DNA of 64,000 nt from assembly GCA_002633005.1 (NCBI GenBank), contig NMRA01000093.1:142548-206547 (forward strand), in the 5' to 3' direction. This document shows positions 10,233 to 25,200 of the stretch, in pieces. The notes under the pieces are model-generated. The model had not been told where the DNA came from and made no database searches. It saw nothing but the letters and a program-made list of their open reading frames with translations. Made by a program: the position numbers and the translations under genes. Within the stretch, counting starts at the first letter, position 1. Every line of letters starts with the position of its first letter. This DNA is from Phoronis australis. Taxonomy: Eukaryota > Animalia > Phoronida.

Positions 10233-13200
10233 CTGGAAAAAACAAATCAATTTCAACTTTTTAATTTCATAAATGTCTTTATACATGGTTTGCAGACATT
10301 TGCGAACAAAATTACATGGCTCCATTATTTTTCAATAATTTTCTACTACAAGAAATCAATAAAAGAGTTTGTTACAATCAGTACACATTTATTACTAAAA
10401 TAACATTTATTACATTTATGCAGCAGTCACTCCACGGAGTACTGTAGTTCAAAACATGCAAACAACTAAAGTGCGATCATGCTCCAGGAATAGTCATGTT
10501 AAAAGTACAATTTTGCAACACAGCAGGGACAATCCCAATAACCAACACTGCAGGCAACTGGTTATTTCCAAGCATTTTGGGGCTACCCACTTATCAGGAC
10601 ATTTTCAAGGGCTATTTGGGTGCCTTACTTTTATTTCTAAACAACACGGATGTAAAAGGGTTGAAAACGATAACCCATAATTACCTCTCAAGGGTCTCTG
10701 CCAGCTGATGTCTGGCCAAGAATTGGTTGTCTCTCTTAATTTCTCTTATTGCCCCTTTCATCTCTTTCTTGTGCCTGTGCAACAGGCGGCGCTGTTCATT
10801 TAACTCACGGTCACCAGTATTCTTTTTCTTGCCGTCAAAACTGGAAATTAGCAGTACACAGACAGCTGTTAAATTTTTGTGAACAAGGACAACAAAAACT
10901 CATTAACAGATAATCACCCAAAAAATTTACGTGCATCAAGTTTAACTTTCCATTCATCAACTTTTCATACAAGCCGCCATATACCACTGTACAAGTCAGT
11001 ACAGCACACTTAGATCAATGCTAACAGTGCGTTTATTCATAGAAAATGTGACTAATTGGTTCTAAATTTTGTATTATTTGACAAAAATTATATTTTCTTC
11101 GTTTCATAGTACATTTTAAAGCTGTGTTTACATAAATTGGTCTGTTTTGTCACAGACAATGCCTATACATTCATATTTTGCCAATTGAAACTAAAATCAA
11201 ATTTGCTGCTAACTGTCTCACACCAAAACCTATCTAATAACTCCCTCAATTATCAATAGGACGGCTGACCTGGCTTACACAGCAACAACTGAATCTTGCT
11301 GTATTTACCCACAATGCTGGAATATCTGTCAGGCACTTTTGCAGGGCTCAACATTAGCTTTTTAAGCCACTTGCTCTTCGGGCAAGTAGTTGAAAATTTT
11401 ACATGCCCGAACAACAAATTCACTTGCCCCAAGTACAATCCCAAATAGCACCGTGCATGTGCACACCTAGGTAATTTGTTATCACAGGGCTCCCTGTGCT
11501 GAGCCTCCTCTTGTGTCGTGTATGCTATATACATGAGTTGCTATTAAATGTGTGCAGTTTTAGTGTGTTCGGGGGGGGGGCTCAGATCCAATTTCAAGTG
11601 TCAAATTCGGAACACGGCGCAATCGTAACAGAACTATGGCTAAGTATAGGCTCTCCCGCGATATCTCAGATGACCGGCAGTGGCGCTGCGCACTACAACT
11701 CCGTTTCCGTCGTCTTGCTTCACTGTGCAATGAAGAAAATTACTTCATTTTTAAAGAAAATGGAATCTGAGTGAGGATGAAAAAACAGAAGCTGTTGGTA
11801 AGATGTGACTTTTAATCGAAACCTTAGTGAATAACTCAGAAACTCATAATTCTCTCTTTGTCAAACCTTAACTTAAGACAATTTCCAAAGGCAATCGCCT
11901 CATTAATGCCAACACAGAAAAACGGATTTGGTCTTTTGGGCAATTGAAGACTATTTTAAATACAACAAATTTGTTATGAAGTGATTGCACAAAATATAAA
12001 AAGTGTAATAAATATTACAAAAAGAAGTACGTTTCGTGCGCAAACGCTGTGGACCATAAACAAGTAGGTCTCTTAGAATCAATGTGTGAGTGAAGTCGTG
12101 GAGGTGCAGTGGTAAAGCACGCGCATGCTATCCGCCAGGTCGTGAGTTCGAGTCTGATAAGTGCATTTTTTCAAGTTTAACACGTTCTCCTTCCCCCCCC
12201 CTTTATTCTTTGATAATACTTCAGAAATCAAGGAAAGTGTTTGATTATAGAGGAAAAAAACAGAAAAATTTTCCTGGCGGGAGGGTGGCAAACCCCCTCC
12301 CGACCTCCCCCATTCGGTGCTATGAGCATCTACTATCGTGCTTTGTGCAAATGTTTACAGACAAAGTGTTGAGCCCCCCCTTGTGATATCCTAGATCTGC
12401 CACTGTTCTTATAGAACATTTATTTATAAGGTGTGTCAAAACACTAGAGAGACAAATTAGAAGAGTAATCTGAACCATTGTCTCACGTTCACAGGCGCTG
12501 AAATGAGCTAGGACATGAACTCTAGACACTTCTGTGTATTCATTAGTTTATACGCCCTCATGCATTAAACTTGAGTTGTTGCTTAACATGAATTTGAATT
12601 TTTGCTATCCGTAAAAAAATCTTACAAAGTCTTGGTCACCGGTACCTTGTATTAAATTAAAATTAAATTTTAACATATAATAATGCCACATATACTTTTA
12701 TTTTCAATAAATAATTACATTTTTGAAGAACAGATAGACCGCAAAAAAGTCACCCTTCAGCGACAATCCTGAAGACCGTATCGTATTCCTCTTCATTCGG
12801 GAGTCGCCACCGGGATCCGGAAATTCATAAGAATTTCCTTTGGAATTCCCCCTGAATAAATACCAGGCCTTTAAAACTGCTGTGTAGTGTAGAAAATATG
12901 TGGCCAATCATATACTTTTTAGCTTTTGCGCTTATCTGTATGACTTACATCCGCCGACGAACGCGGTGCTTCCAGCTGTACATGGGTAAACGCCGGCAAA
13001 AATCACACGTCATCCCTTGCTCACTGTCTCGCAGGCCAGGAAACCTAATTTCCCATGACGGAACCCATCCCCGCACTCTTTTCGTTTCATATTGTTATTT
13101 TTAGTGCTTTGATTCTTCCTGAACTCGTTTTTTAGCAACTTAACTAATGCCGTCCAGACCTGTCCTTGTTTGGTTGTTTTGCCAGAGTGCAGACGATCAG

Positions 13201-16200
13201 TAGCATCACGTGACAACTTATTCAGAAACTGCAGGACACGTTCAGAGAATCGAAAGGATTTGACCGCAGGCGTCATCTGTGCACGCTGCATCACACTCGT
13301 TCTATTTTCCTTTCGGTGCTCATTCGAAGACAGGAGTTTCTTTGACGGCCACGGGCTTTTCGACGGTTTTTAGGCTTGTGTCGGGGTTCGTTACTTTGGA
13401 GCAAATGTCGAGCAGACAATCTTAGGATCTACTTGCCTATGCGGCCAGCTTTTTAACTTGCCCATCGGGCAAGTACTTTTCAAATTCCACTTGCCTGACG
13501 CAAAATCTACATGTACACGGGCAATCGGGCAACCGTTAGTGTTGAGCCCTGTTTTGTATCATCATTAGAGTGCCACATGTTATTTGTTGCCGTATTTTTT
13601 ACAAGTTTTTTCTCAGTTGCATTGTTCTATTTGCCCTTCCAATACCAACGGAGTATTACTGCTGTGCTGTGGGCTGCAACTCGACGGGAAGAACTTGAAT
13701 AAACTTGAAAAATATCTGTGGATGCTTGATGTACATGTATGTTCTTCAGCTCCCCGACATCAATCGAAAATAAGAAAATGGGATAAAGCAAGTTCGTCGG
13801 GTTAAATTTAAATGTAACAGAATCCCCTTTCTTGAAGATACCTTTTCAATTCCAGTACTTTTAAACGGTTGCAATCTGCAATATTTCTACAGCCATATGC
13901 CTCAACAGTTTTCAACATGACCTGTGAAAATGTGCCCACATTCCAAACCTAGGCCAATGGAAACAATGCATTTTTTCTTACCTGCAGGACAAAGGAGAGT
14001 TCTAGCACTGAGTAATCTGTGACGGCCATTTTATGTGTTTTAAAACTTATAATTCCAGATTGAAGAGAAAAATGCACTTCACATGAGTACGATGGAATGT
14101 CAGCCCAACACAGAAACAAGATTTAAATGAATGAAACCAACCTGTCGTCAAAACTCGGCTCATATAGTTTCAGTGGAAGAGGCCTTTTCTTCGCCTTAAC
14201 CAGACATGGTCGTACAACACCAGTTTGTTTGCTTGTACACTCTACCACGCGACTCACCAAGTCCTGCGAATACATTGATATCATACATTCAGATACAGCT
14301 GTTCAAGGCTTCTGCAAAGCATGTGGATGAGTAGAGAAGAGTCTGTAGACTGTGCCTCAGCTCTGTTTGAGGTCCGTGACCTGTTTCTTGTGGGTGTAAC
14401 AGATAGTCGGTGATTTATTTTTTTTAGGTGTGTAACCCGTGTTTTTTTCAGTCAGTAAACATGAATAGTTATTTTCATAAGTGTGGCAGCCCTGTAGCTC
14501 CTCTAACTTAATACTCGTTCAGGTTACCACTCAGAGCTTGAAGTTACGAAGCAACTCACATAACAGAGTCTGACCACTAGATTCAGAGGTATTTGCGATT
14601 ACGAATGTAGCCGCACTAAACTTTTCTCTATTCTGGGCAAAGCCAGTCATGCAAAAGCAAAACGATAGGCACAGGTCATTCCGAAAGAAGGTCACGACCT
14701 TTGACAAGTGATCATTACCTTTAATCTGGTTGGGTATTTATGTAATGGCAGTTTCTTGCACATGTCACAAACAGGGGCGAAGATCTCCCGATACGAAGGC
14801 AACTCTTCATAAAGACTTGAAAACCTTTCAACAAGTTTCAGACAGGTATGGACAGCTTGCAGTCTGCAACCGAGAGATAAATTAAGGAGGTGAAACATGA
14901 CGCAAAACTACTCAACAAAAACAAATGACAGAATCCAGGAACAAATACATGTACGTCTAGACAGGTGTGACCAGTCACGAATAGAATATTGTGTTGTTAG
15001 TAAGGAAAATCAGGCAGCACCTATGATATGAATGTGCGCATGTGCGCTGTTGAATCACTCAGTCAAGACCAACATCTGAACGTGTTTTAAAACCATCTTG
15101 ACTTCGTAATGAAATTTTCAACAGACTAAAGCGTGAAACTAAATTGCCATAAGCTTTGTCCATCTAAAACACAGTCGACAAACAATCGCTTGTGCAGAAG
15201 TGGATTCACAAATGTAGACTACAATCGAACCTTTTTACAACATATGTCAGAGGGACCTTTGGAATTAAATGAACATTATAATCAGATGATAGTTCATTGT
15301 AACCAAGGAAGACTTTTTGACAGGGCATCTGCATCTTAAAGACTTAATCAGTGGTACAACATTTGGACGACGCTCTTCTTTGGGTTATATGCAGAGTATA
15401 CATTAGGTATTGTAGTCACTCAGTATATCTAGTCCAAACTGACATGACCACTGACATTGGGTTTTTGAACCAACTATCATTCTGTTGCCATCATGCATTG
15501 CACCAAGGAACAAGCACGTCACTGTCTTGCGATTTTCAGAAGTCAACAAGTCATGTACTTATGCTGAGAGCACGGGTTCATTCCATAGATCAAGTGTGCA
15601 AGAGCAAGCAAGACTGTACGAAATATTGGCATATTTTCAATCGGAGCATGTCATTTTGACTAGATATATTTCCCACGAGATTGCTATTCTCTGCCCAGAA
15701 TTGTAAACAATAGGCTTTGTGGACAGGCAGTAATAGCTTGGCAATTGTCTCCATCCCATCTCCCATTCAATAATCAAAATACGCCTTAAATCGTCGAGTT
15801 TGCACACTTCAAAATAAAGAACTAATCCTCTATGCCACTACAATGATAGTCTTGTGGTAAATGACCTCTCTTTACAATATCACAAACAAGTTTCATGAGA
15901 TGTATGTTGGTACTTGTTGTCCTATGTAAATATCCTGATGATGTCTAACAGACAAAACGCTGATTTATCATGAACTTCTTCATTTGTGCGGCGATCGTCC
16001 AGTTTTTAATCGTACTGTGGCCAAGAACTGATAAACAAAAGTTTCATGATAGTGCTTGCATTTGACAATAACATGCAACATTTCACTTTAGCGACTAGGC
16101 CAAACTTGGCTGTGAGTTTTAGTGCAATGTAAGCAGGAAGCAGTGAAAATGTTCAATCATTCTGGCTTTCAAGGTAAGACTGATAAGATTGGTTAAAAAG

Positions 16201-19200
16201 TGTGTTGCTTGGAAATGGGTTTCTTCCAAGTTTAAAGAAGTGGTGAGGAGCTTTAGTATGTCTTTAAAAAATTTAAAAACTCGCCGACTGATTGTTTGAA
16301 TACAGCGTGCAGTAAAGTTGGTGGAGAATGATCTCCGTGGAGGAAAGACATTTAAACTTCAATGCCAATATGGTTTTAGGCGAGGAGGCAGTGTGGTCTA
16401 GTGTTATGGTGCCCGCTTTCTTTACTCGAGGTCGTGGGTTCGAGTCCCACTGGGCCACACTGCTGGACCCTTGAGTCAGACCTCTAGCTCCTCAGCTCGG
16501 TTTTAATAATGCACAAAAATATTTCCAGGTGATCAGTGCAATGGGCCCACATGCGCGACCTGCACATGTCTGGTACGTGTACCAGACCACCTGCAATTAT
16601 TTTTTTTATGGTTTAGGCTCTTAAAATTCAGCTTGAAAATCCTATTACAACATGACTGACTTTTATAACCTTTCAAACTATAGCATTACCCACCTGAAAC
16701 TGTCAACATCAGTAATACGACCAGTATCCATTAATGTATCCCTGACACTTAGTGGACAACTGAAATCACTCTCGGCCATTTCAGACTTGTCCGATTGAAC
16801 CAGCAACAGGTCAAAACCAGCACCGTTGGCTTTGAGACGTGGAAGGGCAGGTGCAGCTGAAATTATACCCAAATTGCATGGATTTGTGATAGTATACTTA
16901 TATACCCGCAGTTCAATAAAGACTTGAAAGAAGGGATATCAGTATGCTTGGACCTAGAAACTAGAGTTTGAGGGGAAAGGCAGGATGAGCAAAAATCTAC
17001 ATGAAGCAAACATGGGACAGTGAGAAATATAATCATGGGGCAAGTGGCATAGGATATATTATTTAAAGCGGCCCAAGCTAACTTTTAAATCTGAACCGTG
17101 AATAGTAATAGCTGGAAAATTTGATGACCCATTCTAACCTCTAACCACGAACTTGATCACTAATTCAACTTAAAACTTTAAGTACTAACAACTTATGATG
17201 AATATTATTAATTTTGTACACTAATAAGTCTTATAGTTTACACAGCACAGTATTTATTAAGCTACTCATTTTGATCTATATCACTTTGAAAAGGAGTGGT
17301 ACAAGTTTGAATTTGAATTAAACACCTTGAGTTTAAACACAGTAAAGGAGTTTGAATTCTAAGGTCATAAAGTGCAAACTGGGATTATGCACTCATTTGC
17401 ATAAACCGTAATGTACTCATACAGTACAAAACTCAAGGACATTTACCTCAAATTCAAACTTAAGGGAAAATGGAAGAGTAGGCACACATTTTGTAGTTGG
17501 TCCTACCTGAGAAGTGACGAAATTACAATGCCACCGGTCAGCAATCTAATTGTGCTGAGTTTGCTTAGTGTTATGTGTCTGTGATTCACTTACTTTGCCA
17601 TGATTTCTCTTTAGTGGATGCAAGATAGAGCAGACCTTGCAGAAAGTTGACCACTTCGGGTGCAAACTTTTTAGAAAACGACAGATACTATAAAATAGCA
17701 AAGTAATAACTTACAACATGTTCTTAAACCTGCAGCATTAGGATTACACTCAAAACAAACTGAATAAATGCACATTCTACATAAATCAGAAGACAAAAAT
17801 CAAAAAAAAAGCCAACATCTTTCACAAATGAGGACAGAATATTTTTAGCAACACTGTGCATTCCTTAAGGATAGAACAGTTTGAGGTCAGAGTGTCAAAT
17901 TTATAGGTCAGAGGTCACTGTTTACATACCTTAAGCAAAGATTTCTCACCTCAAAGGCATCACGAGTGTTTTGATCAACCACCTTAGGGGCTATTTTGCT
18001 AAGGCATGCTAGTAAAGTGCTGGACATACTCACAAAACACCCCGCTTTCACTGAATTGATTTTACGTGATTATTGTGTCTATGGAACACACCCCGAGGGC
18101 AAGTTTTCAGAAATAGTGCATATTACACGTTTCAGTAGGCACTGACTATTAACTTCACCTACTTTTTGGCCACAGAACCAATCTATTCCCCATTTGACAG
18201 AGCCCCATTGCTTAAACCTGCAGCGTTAGGACCACAGAAGCTTACTGAGTTGAGACTCAGCAATAGCAAACTCACTGCAGCTCTTATCAAGTCGAGTTCT
18301 AGTATGAGTGAAGTAAAAGTCAATGCTAGTTTTACCAAATATGAGTTTATTTATGTCATGCACCAATATGTGAATTAGGCATGACATATTTGAAATAGCA
18401 AGTTAGAGAATTTTGATTTACTATTTACAAAATGATAGATGATGTCATACACACAACAGTACCACTTTGAGACAGATATTTATGGTTAATGTAAACATTC
18501 ATAAGAAGACTTATTTGAGATTTACCTCAAGAAACAGTGTACAGATAAACAGGCCGGATGCCACGTCTTGAAGACTGTTGACGGTACACTGAAAAAGCAC
18601 AACAAAGGAACAGCAGTAGAATGAATGTGTAGGACAATAAAGAAGAGCAGAAACTCACAACTTTATAAACTACAAAACTTTAGAATTATTGAACAAATTA
18701 CTTCACCCTTAAAGTAATGTGAAAAACTGGTCAGGTGCTTTGCAAAAGCTGGAAGACATAGTGAATATTAGTTCTACAGTAGTTTTCCAAATATGTTGGA
18801 CAATGTTAAAACTCAACAAAGTTTTGACGCACATTTCTTTTCTAGCAGACCAGTCAGTTTCAATTCTGCTTAAATCTCGTCAAAACCTTGACAGAGGTTG
18901 TTGAAATCACAACAACTTATTTTGCTCAAATACATTCACAAGTAAACAATTAGTGGTCAGGCACAATAACACTGCATTAAACTATGACTAACGTTCCACT
19001 AAAATGCCAAATTGCGGCAAAACTTAAATCTAAACTTCCAAATAACTATGACAACCAATTTGTCATAGTTTGGTGGTCTAACAGAGTTCTGCTAAAGTCT
19101 GTCCACTTTACACGCAATGTTTTGAATAATGGGGCATAGCTCTGTTTGCTCATCATGATGGGTTATGACATCATTCCAGTTACTCCAATAGTAAATAGTG

Positions 19201-22200
19201 TATGCACCAAGCACCTATGACTGGGAAATCCGCTTGCGCTCAATTGTTATTACAGAGAATTATGGGACATTTAGCATGAATGTAACAGAATGCCACCAAT
19301 TAGGTCAAAATGCTTCTGAAGTTTAGACAAATCGTAAAACAGAAATATATTGAATAAAAACTATGAGACGAACAATTTACTTCATCAACTAGATTTCCCA
19401 GTCATAAAACAAGCTACAAGCTATTAATGAAATTTGGAGGTAGATTGCAATGAACCAAGAAGCTAAGAAATTTGGCAGCAGATGACAGTACCTGTGTCAG
19501 TGACTGACTCATCATCACCATCGCAGGTGTAACGACCAGGTGGCGGTAATCGGACGTGGGGAACAGCAGCGAGATTAGCTTGAGGTACAGCAACTGTCAA
19601 GTGAAAAATATTTGAGAAGCATGACACAGTAAATTGACATCTAGTAGATGTGTCAATTTTGAACAAAGGCACGAATTTTTGGGAAAATTAAGTTTACAAG
19701 TAGACAGGAATGTTTCTGTTTTTGATGAAAGCAATGTCTGAGCAGGCCAGAGTACATTTAACAAGAGGAACGTGGTGCGTTGTTACAGACCCACCATGTG
19801 CCTCGCATACAACGCAGATACAACATAATTCTAAACATTCCCACAAAACGGAACAATGATAGCCTCTATGGGGTAAATAGCAAGTCATAGATGCACTCCT
19901 CAACAAGAACACAACTGCCACCTACTATCATGATCACTCAAGAAATTTGGAGGATGGCAGCACTGACGGCAAAGGACAAAAAACAATAGAAAGGCCACTA
20001 AGTGCGCAATGTAGGTCAAATTCATATGAAATAGGGCCGACGCCATTGTCTACCAGATAGCGAACATCAAGGATCTTGGTAGATATCAAAGCTAAGCTGA
20101 CACAGAATTGTCCTAAACTATGCCACAGTACTCTCCTCCAAATAAATAAGAGTCCAATTTCATGAAGATCCACCAAATAAACTTGCATTGATCTGCAGGG
20201 AAAAAAACTGCCACAAGAGGGCGTCACAGCAGTCTAACCATTTAACAATCATTGCCATCTGTGTACTTCCCAGTAGGAATGCATATAAATTTCCATAGAG
20301 TGATTTAAATGATAGAGAGGTAGATACTAAAAAACCAGATGAATATAAAAATGGCCATCACGTTGAATCTATCCAGGTGCTATAATTGTCTCATTAAAGA
20401 AACCTGTTTGCCAACTTAAATGAAAATCACTCCAGTAACTTCAAAACAGCGGAAGAAAATGGGACAAAGTAAAGTTCTCAATAGAAGGCACAATGGTAAT
20501 CAGATCAACTGAAGATATGAAACATTTGCAATATCAAACAGTCTTTCCTCATGACTTATCTTAATACCACTATAAACCATGCTCTGACATTAAAACATCA
20601 ATTTCCATCCAAACCAACATCACAAAGTTCTTATCCTTTGTTTTAATTGAAATTCTTAAGGCTCTTGTCAGTAAATCCCCAGGAATTCTGCTTCAGTGAC
20701 TGGAACTAACCAGGAAAATTCATGAGCCTGATCTGAAATAATCATGACTTGTCAGTACTTCTCAAGCCTAAGTGGCCTTGAACAAAATATCGTCTTTATC
20801 AGATGGCGTGAGTTTATCATCCCTTTAACCATAACAACACTGAGGCAAATTTTACCAGACACTGTCCACAACCACACAATATTAAGAAACAATTATCCTA
20901 CAACTTAAACTCACCGTGTCAATCTGTGGAAACAGTCCCCGCCCACTTTTGGCCTGAGCAAATTCTGTAAACTCTTCTTGTATACTTTGTAGTATGGTGA
21001 CAAGAGTCTTGGCAGAGGTCATAGGGAAGGACTGGGTTAGCTCGTATAGATGGACAACCAGTCGATCAAGGGCAGACAACTCGGGGGGATCGCACAGGGC
21101 CAGCTCACCAAAATAGCGGAGCAGCATCTCACAGTAGGACTGGAAGGAGAGCAAGGGTTCAGAACACGAAGAAAATAAACCTTTTTACAAACAACAATGA
21201 AACTGTGTGCATAAGGAATTTTCAAGAAGTTGGTAATGCGTTGAAATAAACAATGAGAGATAATTCTCAAATAAACAAGAGCAACACTGCGGTGTTGACA
21301 TGCGAGCATGGTGCATCACAAACAGTACGTCTCTAGGGGCCACAAGGAGGTGCTGCAGTAGTCAAATCCACCCAAAAATCACATGGTGCTGGCGAATTGT
21401 CATCATATAACTCTGTGTCAAGTTCCATCAAAATCCATCAAATGGTTCTCTAGATTCACCCAGAAACGCTCTTGCCTCAAACAGCAATTGAAAAGCCCCT
21501 CATCAAAAACAAAACCCGACACTGAGACGAGGCGCAATGGCTGAAGGAAGCCAACAACGTTATTGTGCCAGCGCATTAATATCACATTTCTCTGTGTCAA
21601 GTTTCATTGAAATATGTCCATCTATTCTCTAGATATGATCTAGAAATGCTCTTCCCCAAAAATAATCAATAAGTAATGCCCCTCACCCCAGGGGAGAAGC
21701 AGATTGAAAAGGGGCACAAACTATTTCAATGATGTCCTTCAACCTTGCGCCAAATTTCATCAAAATCCGACTATAAGTTTTCGAGATCAGACACCTGGAC
21801 AACCGGATGAAGAGACAACAATAGGCAGCCACATATACATGTCTGGTGTATAAAACTTATGCATTTGCCTGTCGTGTAGTTGATTTCAGTTTAAGGGTTG
21901 AAAAAGGAATAAAGAGACTGACAATGAACTTGGTGTCATGCCTTGCAGTACTATGCAATTTCATGCTTTCTTTACTACCTGGGCCCATGACCACTAAATG
22001 TTACTAAAAAATAGCCAGATATAACCTGTGAATTAGAAAATAAGTGGACTCTAATCACGGCATGTGGTAACCATTTTTTGATTCAAGATGGTGGTCACCA
22101 TCAGGTTTGACTGACAATATTTTCAAGTGGCTAGGGCACTCTCAGAATGTAACAGCCTTATTGTCTATACATAATGCATCAGACTATCAAACCTTCTCTA

Positions 22201-25200
22201 CCTGCAGTTTCTCCTTGTTACCCTCAGCCAGACTGGCATGGTTACACTTCCTGGTCCGGTCAATGATGGTTATTTTATTGTCCTCTGTGTGACCCTCCAT
22301 CAACTGCACCAGCTCATCATATGACTTGGGCACTGCAATGCAGTTTTACAATAATTGGAAAGGTTCAATCACTGACACATCGACAAAAGCTGATCCCAAT
22401 GCTAATATAAAAATGACAACTACTATGCAAATCTTATTCCCATTCACAATATTATTTTAATAATTTTTTCTTCATTCCAAGCTCAAACTGTCCTGCATTG
22501 CAAACTTATACTAAGGAGACCCAATACAGCATGGTGTAGTGAGATATCAACCCATGGTCATCTGAAAGATGCTCACACTACAAGCACACGACTCGTGAGT
22601 TATAAAACAACACAGAGAACACTACAGGTGGCTAGTAATTACAGTACACAATTAAAGTCAGATTATAATGTCAAACTTTGACAAGAATGACTGGATCAAC
22701 TTCGTATTAGTCAATGAGTAGGACACATGTCACATCAAATATCGTAATTAATTTTACCAATAATCCGTGGTACTGACTCAGACTCTTCGATATCACAACG
22801 CCACGTTTAGCAGGCAATATTACTGTGATATAGCACTGAACTGGCCAAGATGGGGCAAGAGACTAAAAGGTAAAGACAGTAATGACCAACACCGTAGAGG
22901 TTGCCAAGTACATGAAAAAAAAATATTGACTGAGCGACATTGTCAGCCTTATACAAGTAAGTGAGAACACGGAACGACAGACATTTGGAGCTTTGACTAG
23001 ATGCTGCCTAATGTCTGGATAATGAATATGAGAGCTTTCTCACCATCAAATGTATACGGCAATTCTTTCCTTGCCTTTTCCATCATGTCTTTTCTTTCCT
23101 AAAAATGCACAAGTTCACGACATAAACAGAGCCCAGAATTTGTGTAACAGGAACTAATGAGTTACAAGATAATTTTAGTTTTGAATAAACAATATTCAGA
23201 TTTGTAGACTGCCATACTATTATTTATACACCCAATACAATTCATATAAAAAATATGGAGCTGATCATTTGGAGACTAGCTGCACGGGATTGATATGAGC
23301 AGCTCCACCGGCCGGCTAGCCACAAAAAACATTATTTGTTCTTTATTTTTCACCAGGTTCTTTGTAATTTATCTCATGATTTTTGACATAAAATTCAACG
23401 GAATGAAAAAAATCTTTAAAAGAAACGGTCAACTTCATTTTTTAAAGCTACTAAAAGGTACTTATTATAATTAGATTGAAGAATTCTTGTCTACAAAACC
23501 AAATAGGAACTATTAATTCCTTTCATTACTTGTCTTAATATCACTGGCATAAGACATTCGAAGGCAAAAAAGGTCGACAGACTCAGCCATTTTGCCACAC
23601 AACACATTTTAAGGAACATAAACACAGATGCTTTCAAGTGTTACACAAAGACAAAACAGACAAGACATCAATTAAAATCAAGTCCACCTGCTCTTGTGTA
23701 ACTGACCGAAGCTAAAAATATCTTAAGTGCACCCTGCCAGACATAATTTTTTAAATGTTATCCAAAACATCATTTTGCCAAAAAAAAACGAGTGCACCTC
23801 AACAATGAAAAGTAGATATAAACAGGCATAACTAACCACCTCAGAAGAATGAAAACAGTGTGAGGAAAAGTAAATAAAATTTTTTTTAAGGACATGTTTT
23901 AGTATATTACGCATTCAAACTAAGTTAACTTCACGGTTGCTTTTTCCAATGATTTTCCAGCTTAAAATGACATGGCACAAAGACAATGATTGCTGGCACA
24001 GAGGCAGCACACAGGATACAATAAGGCACAGAGGCAGCTCGCATGACACTATAAGGCACAGAGGCAACACGCACGACACAACAAGGCACAGAGGCAGCAC
24101 GCACGACACAATAAGGCACAGAGGCAGCACGCACAACACAATTGGGCACAGAGGCAGCTCGCATGACACAAATGGGCACAGAGGCAGCACACACAACACA
24201 ATAAGGCACAGAGGCAGCACGCACGACACAATAAGGCACAGAGGCAGCACACACGACACAAGAAAGCACAGAGGCAGCACATGACACAATAAAACAATGC
24301 AATGCAATGCACGGCATGTCCATAAATCATTAGTTATTCCCCGACAGTCAGTTGCCCCAGTGTATGTTCACCCATGGGAAGACTCCACCCATCAGATAAG
24401 CGTTCACATGACAAACCTGGTACAAGAATCCAGGAAGACACGATCAGAAGAAACTTTTTCTGCACACGTGCCATGGACTTAGTGCCTATGTGAACTTATC
24501 TGTTCCAATGCACAGTTCATTGCTTCCACCTTCACATTGCACATTATGTGGAATAAACTATTGCACTGGTGTCAAGTGGAACCAGTTTAACTTCCCTCCA
24601 GGGGTCAATTTGCCCCGAGCAGGTTGTTCCCGACTCATCTTACACTGGGGAAATTTCCTTAAGACAAAGCTCATGGCCTAAAAAAACTACCAAATACAGA
24701 CACAGCTCAAGTCTATCCGTGACCCAAAAAAACTTTGTCTTGCTTTACGGAAACAGCTCAAGTCTACCCACGGCCCAAACAAAACTCCCTATATAGATAC
24801 ACAGCTCAAGTCTACCCACGGCCCAAACAAAACTCCCTATACAGATACACAGCTCAAGTCTACCCACGGCCCAAACAAAACTCCCTATACAGATACACAG
24901 CTCAAGTCTACCCACGGCCCAAACAAAACTCCCTATACAGATACACAGCTCAAGTCTACCCACGGCCCAAACAAAACTCCCTATACAGATACACAGCTCA
25001 AGTCTACCCACGGCCCAAACAAAACTCCCTATACAGATACACAGCTCAAGTCTACTAACAGCTGACACAAAACTCAGATATAGGTCAAGTCTAACCAAGG
25101 CCAAAACAAAACCAATGAAGGATAACATCTGACCAGTTAATTATTTATCAGTCTTAAAGTAATTGCATACCTTGAGATCAATACTCGTAACCTCTTCTAG

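Larger units (their letters stand above)
11342..13551. mobile_element. hAT-type element with 5-bp TSD TTTTG, decayed TTF zinc finger and a nested MITE
   Basis: TIRs CAGGGCTCAACA / TGTTGAGCCCTG. TTTTG at 11337-11341 and 13552-13556. Subterminal ACTTGCCC/GGGCAAGT repeats at both ends. Confidence 0.85.

Noticed and set aside
16382-16460. Functional tRNA gene
   Set aside because: Only the T-arm is well formed; acceptor and anticodon arms do not pair; treated as a SINE head.
23915-24330. Cys-rich or His-rich repetitive ORFs (metallothionein/keratin-like)
   Set aside because: Open in several frames on both strands only because the 30-bp minisatellite lacks stops; intronic.
24735-25128. ORFs with TAQVYPRPKQNSLYRY repeats as a neuropeptide-like precursor
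   Set aside because: Translation of a 48-bp minisatellite; no signal peptide or dibasic cleavage pattern.
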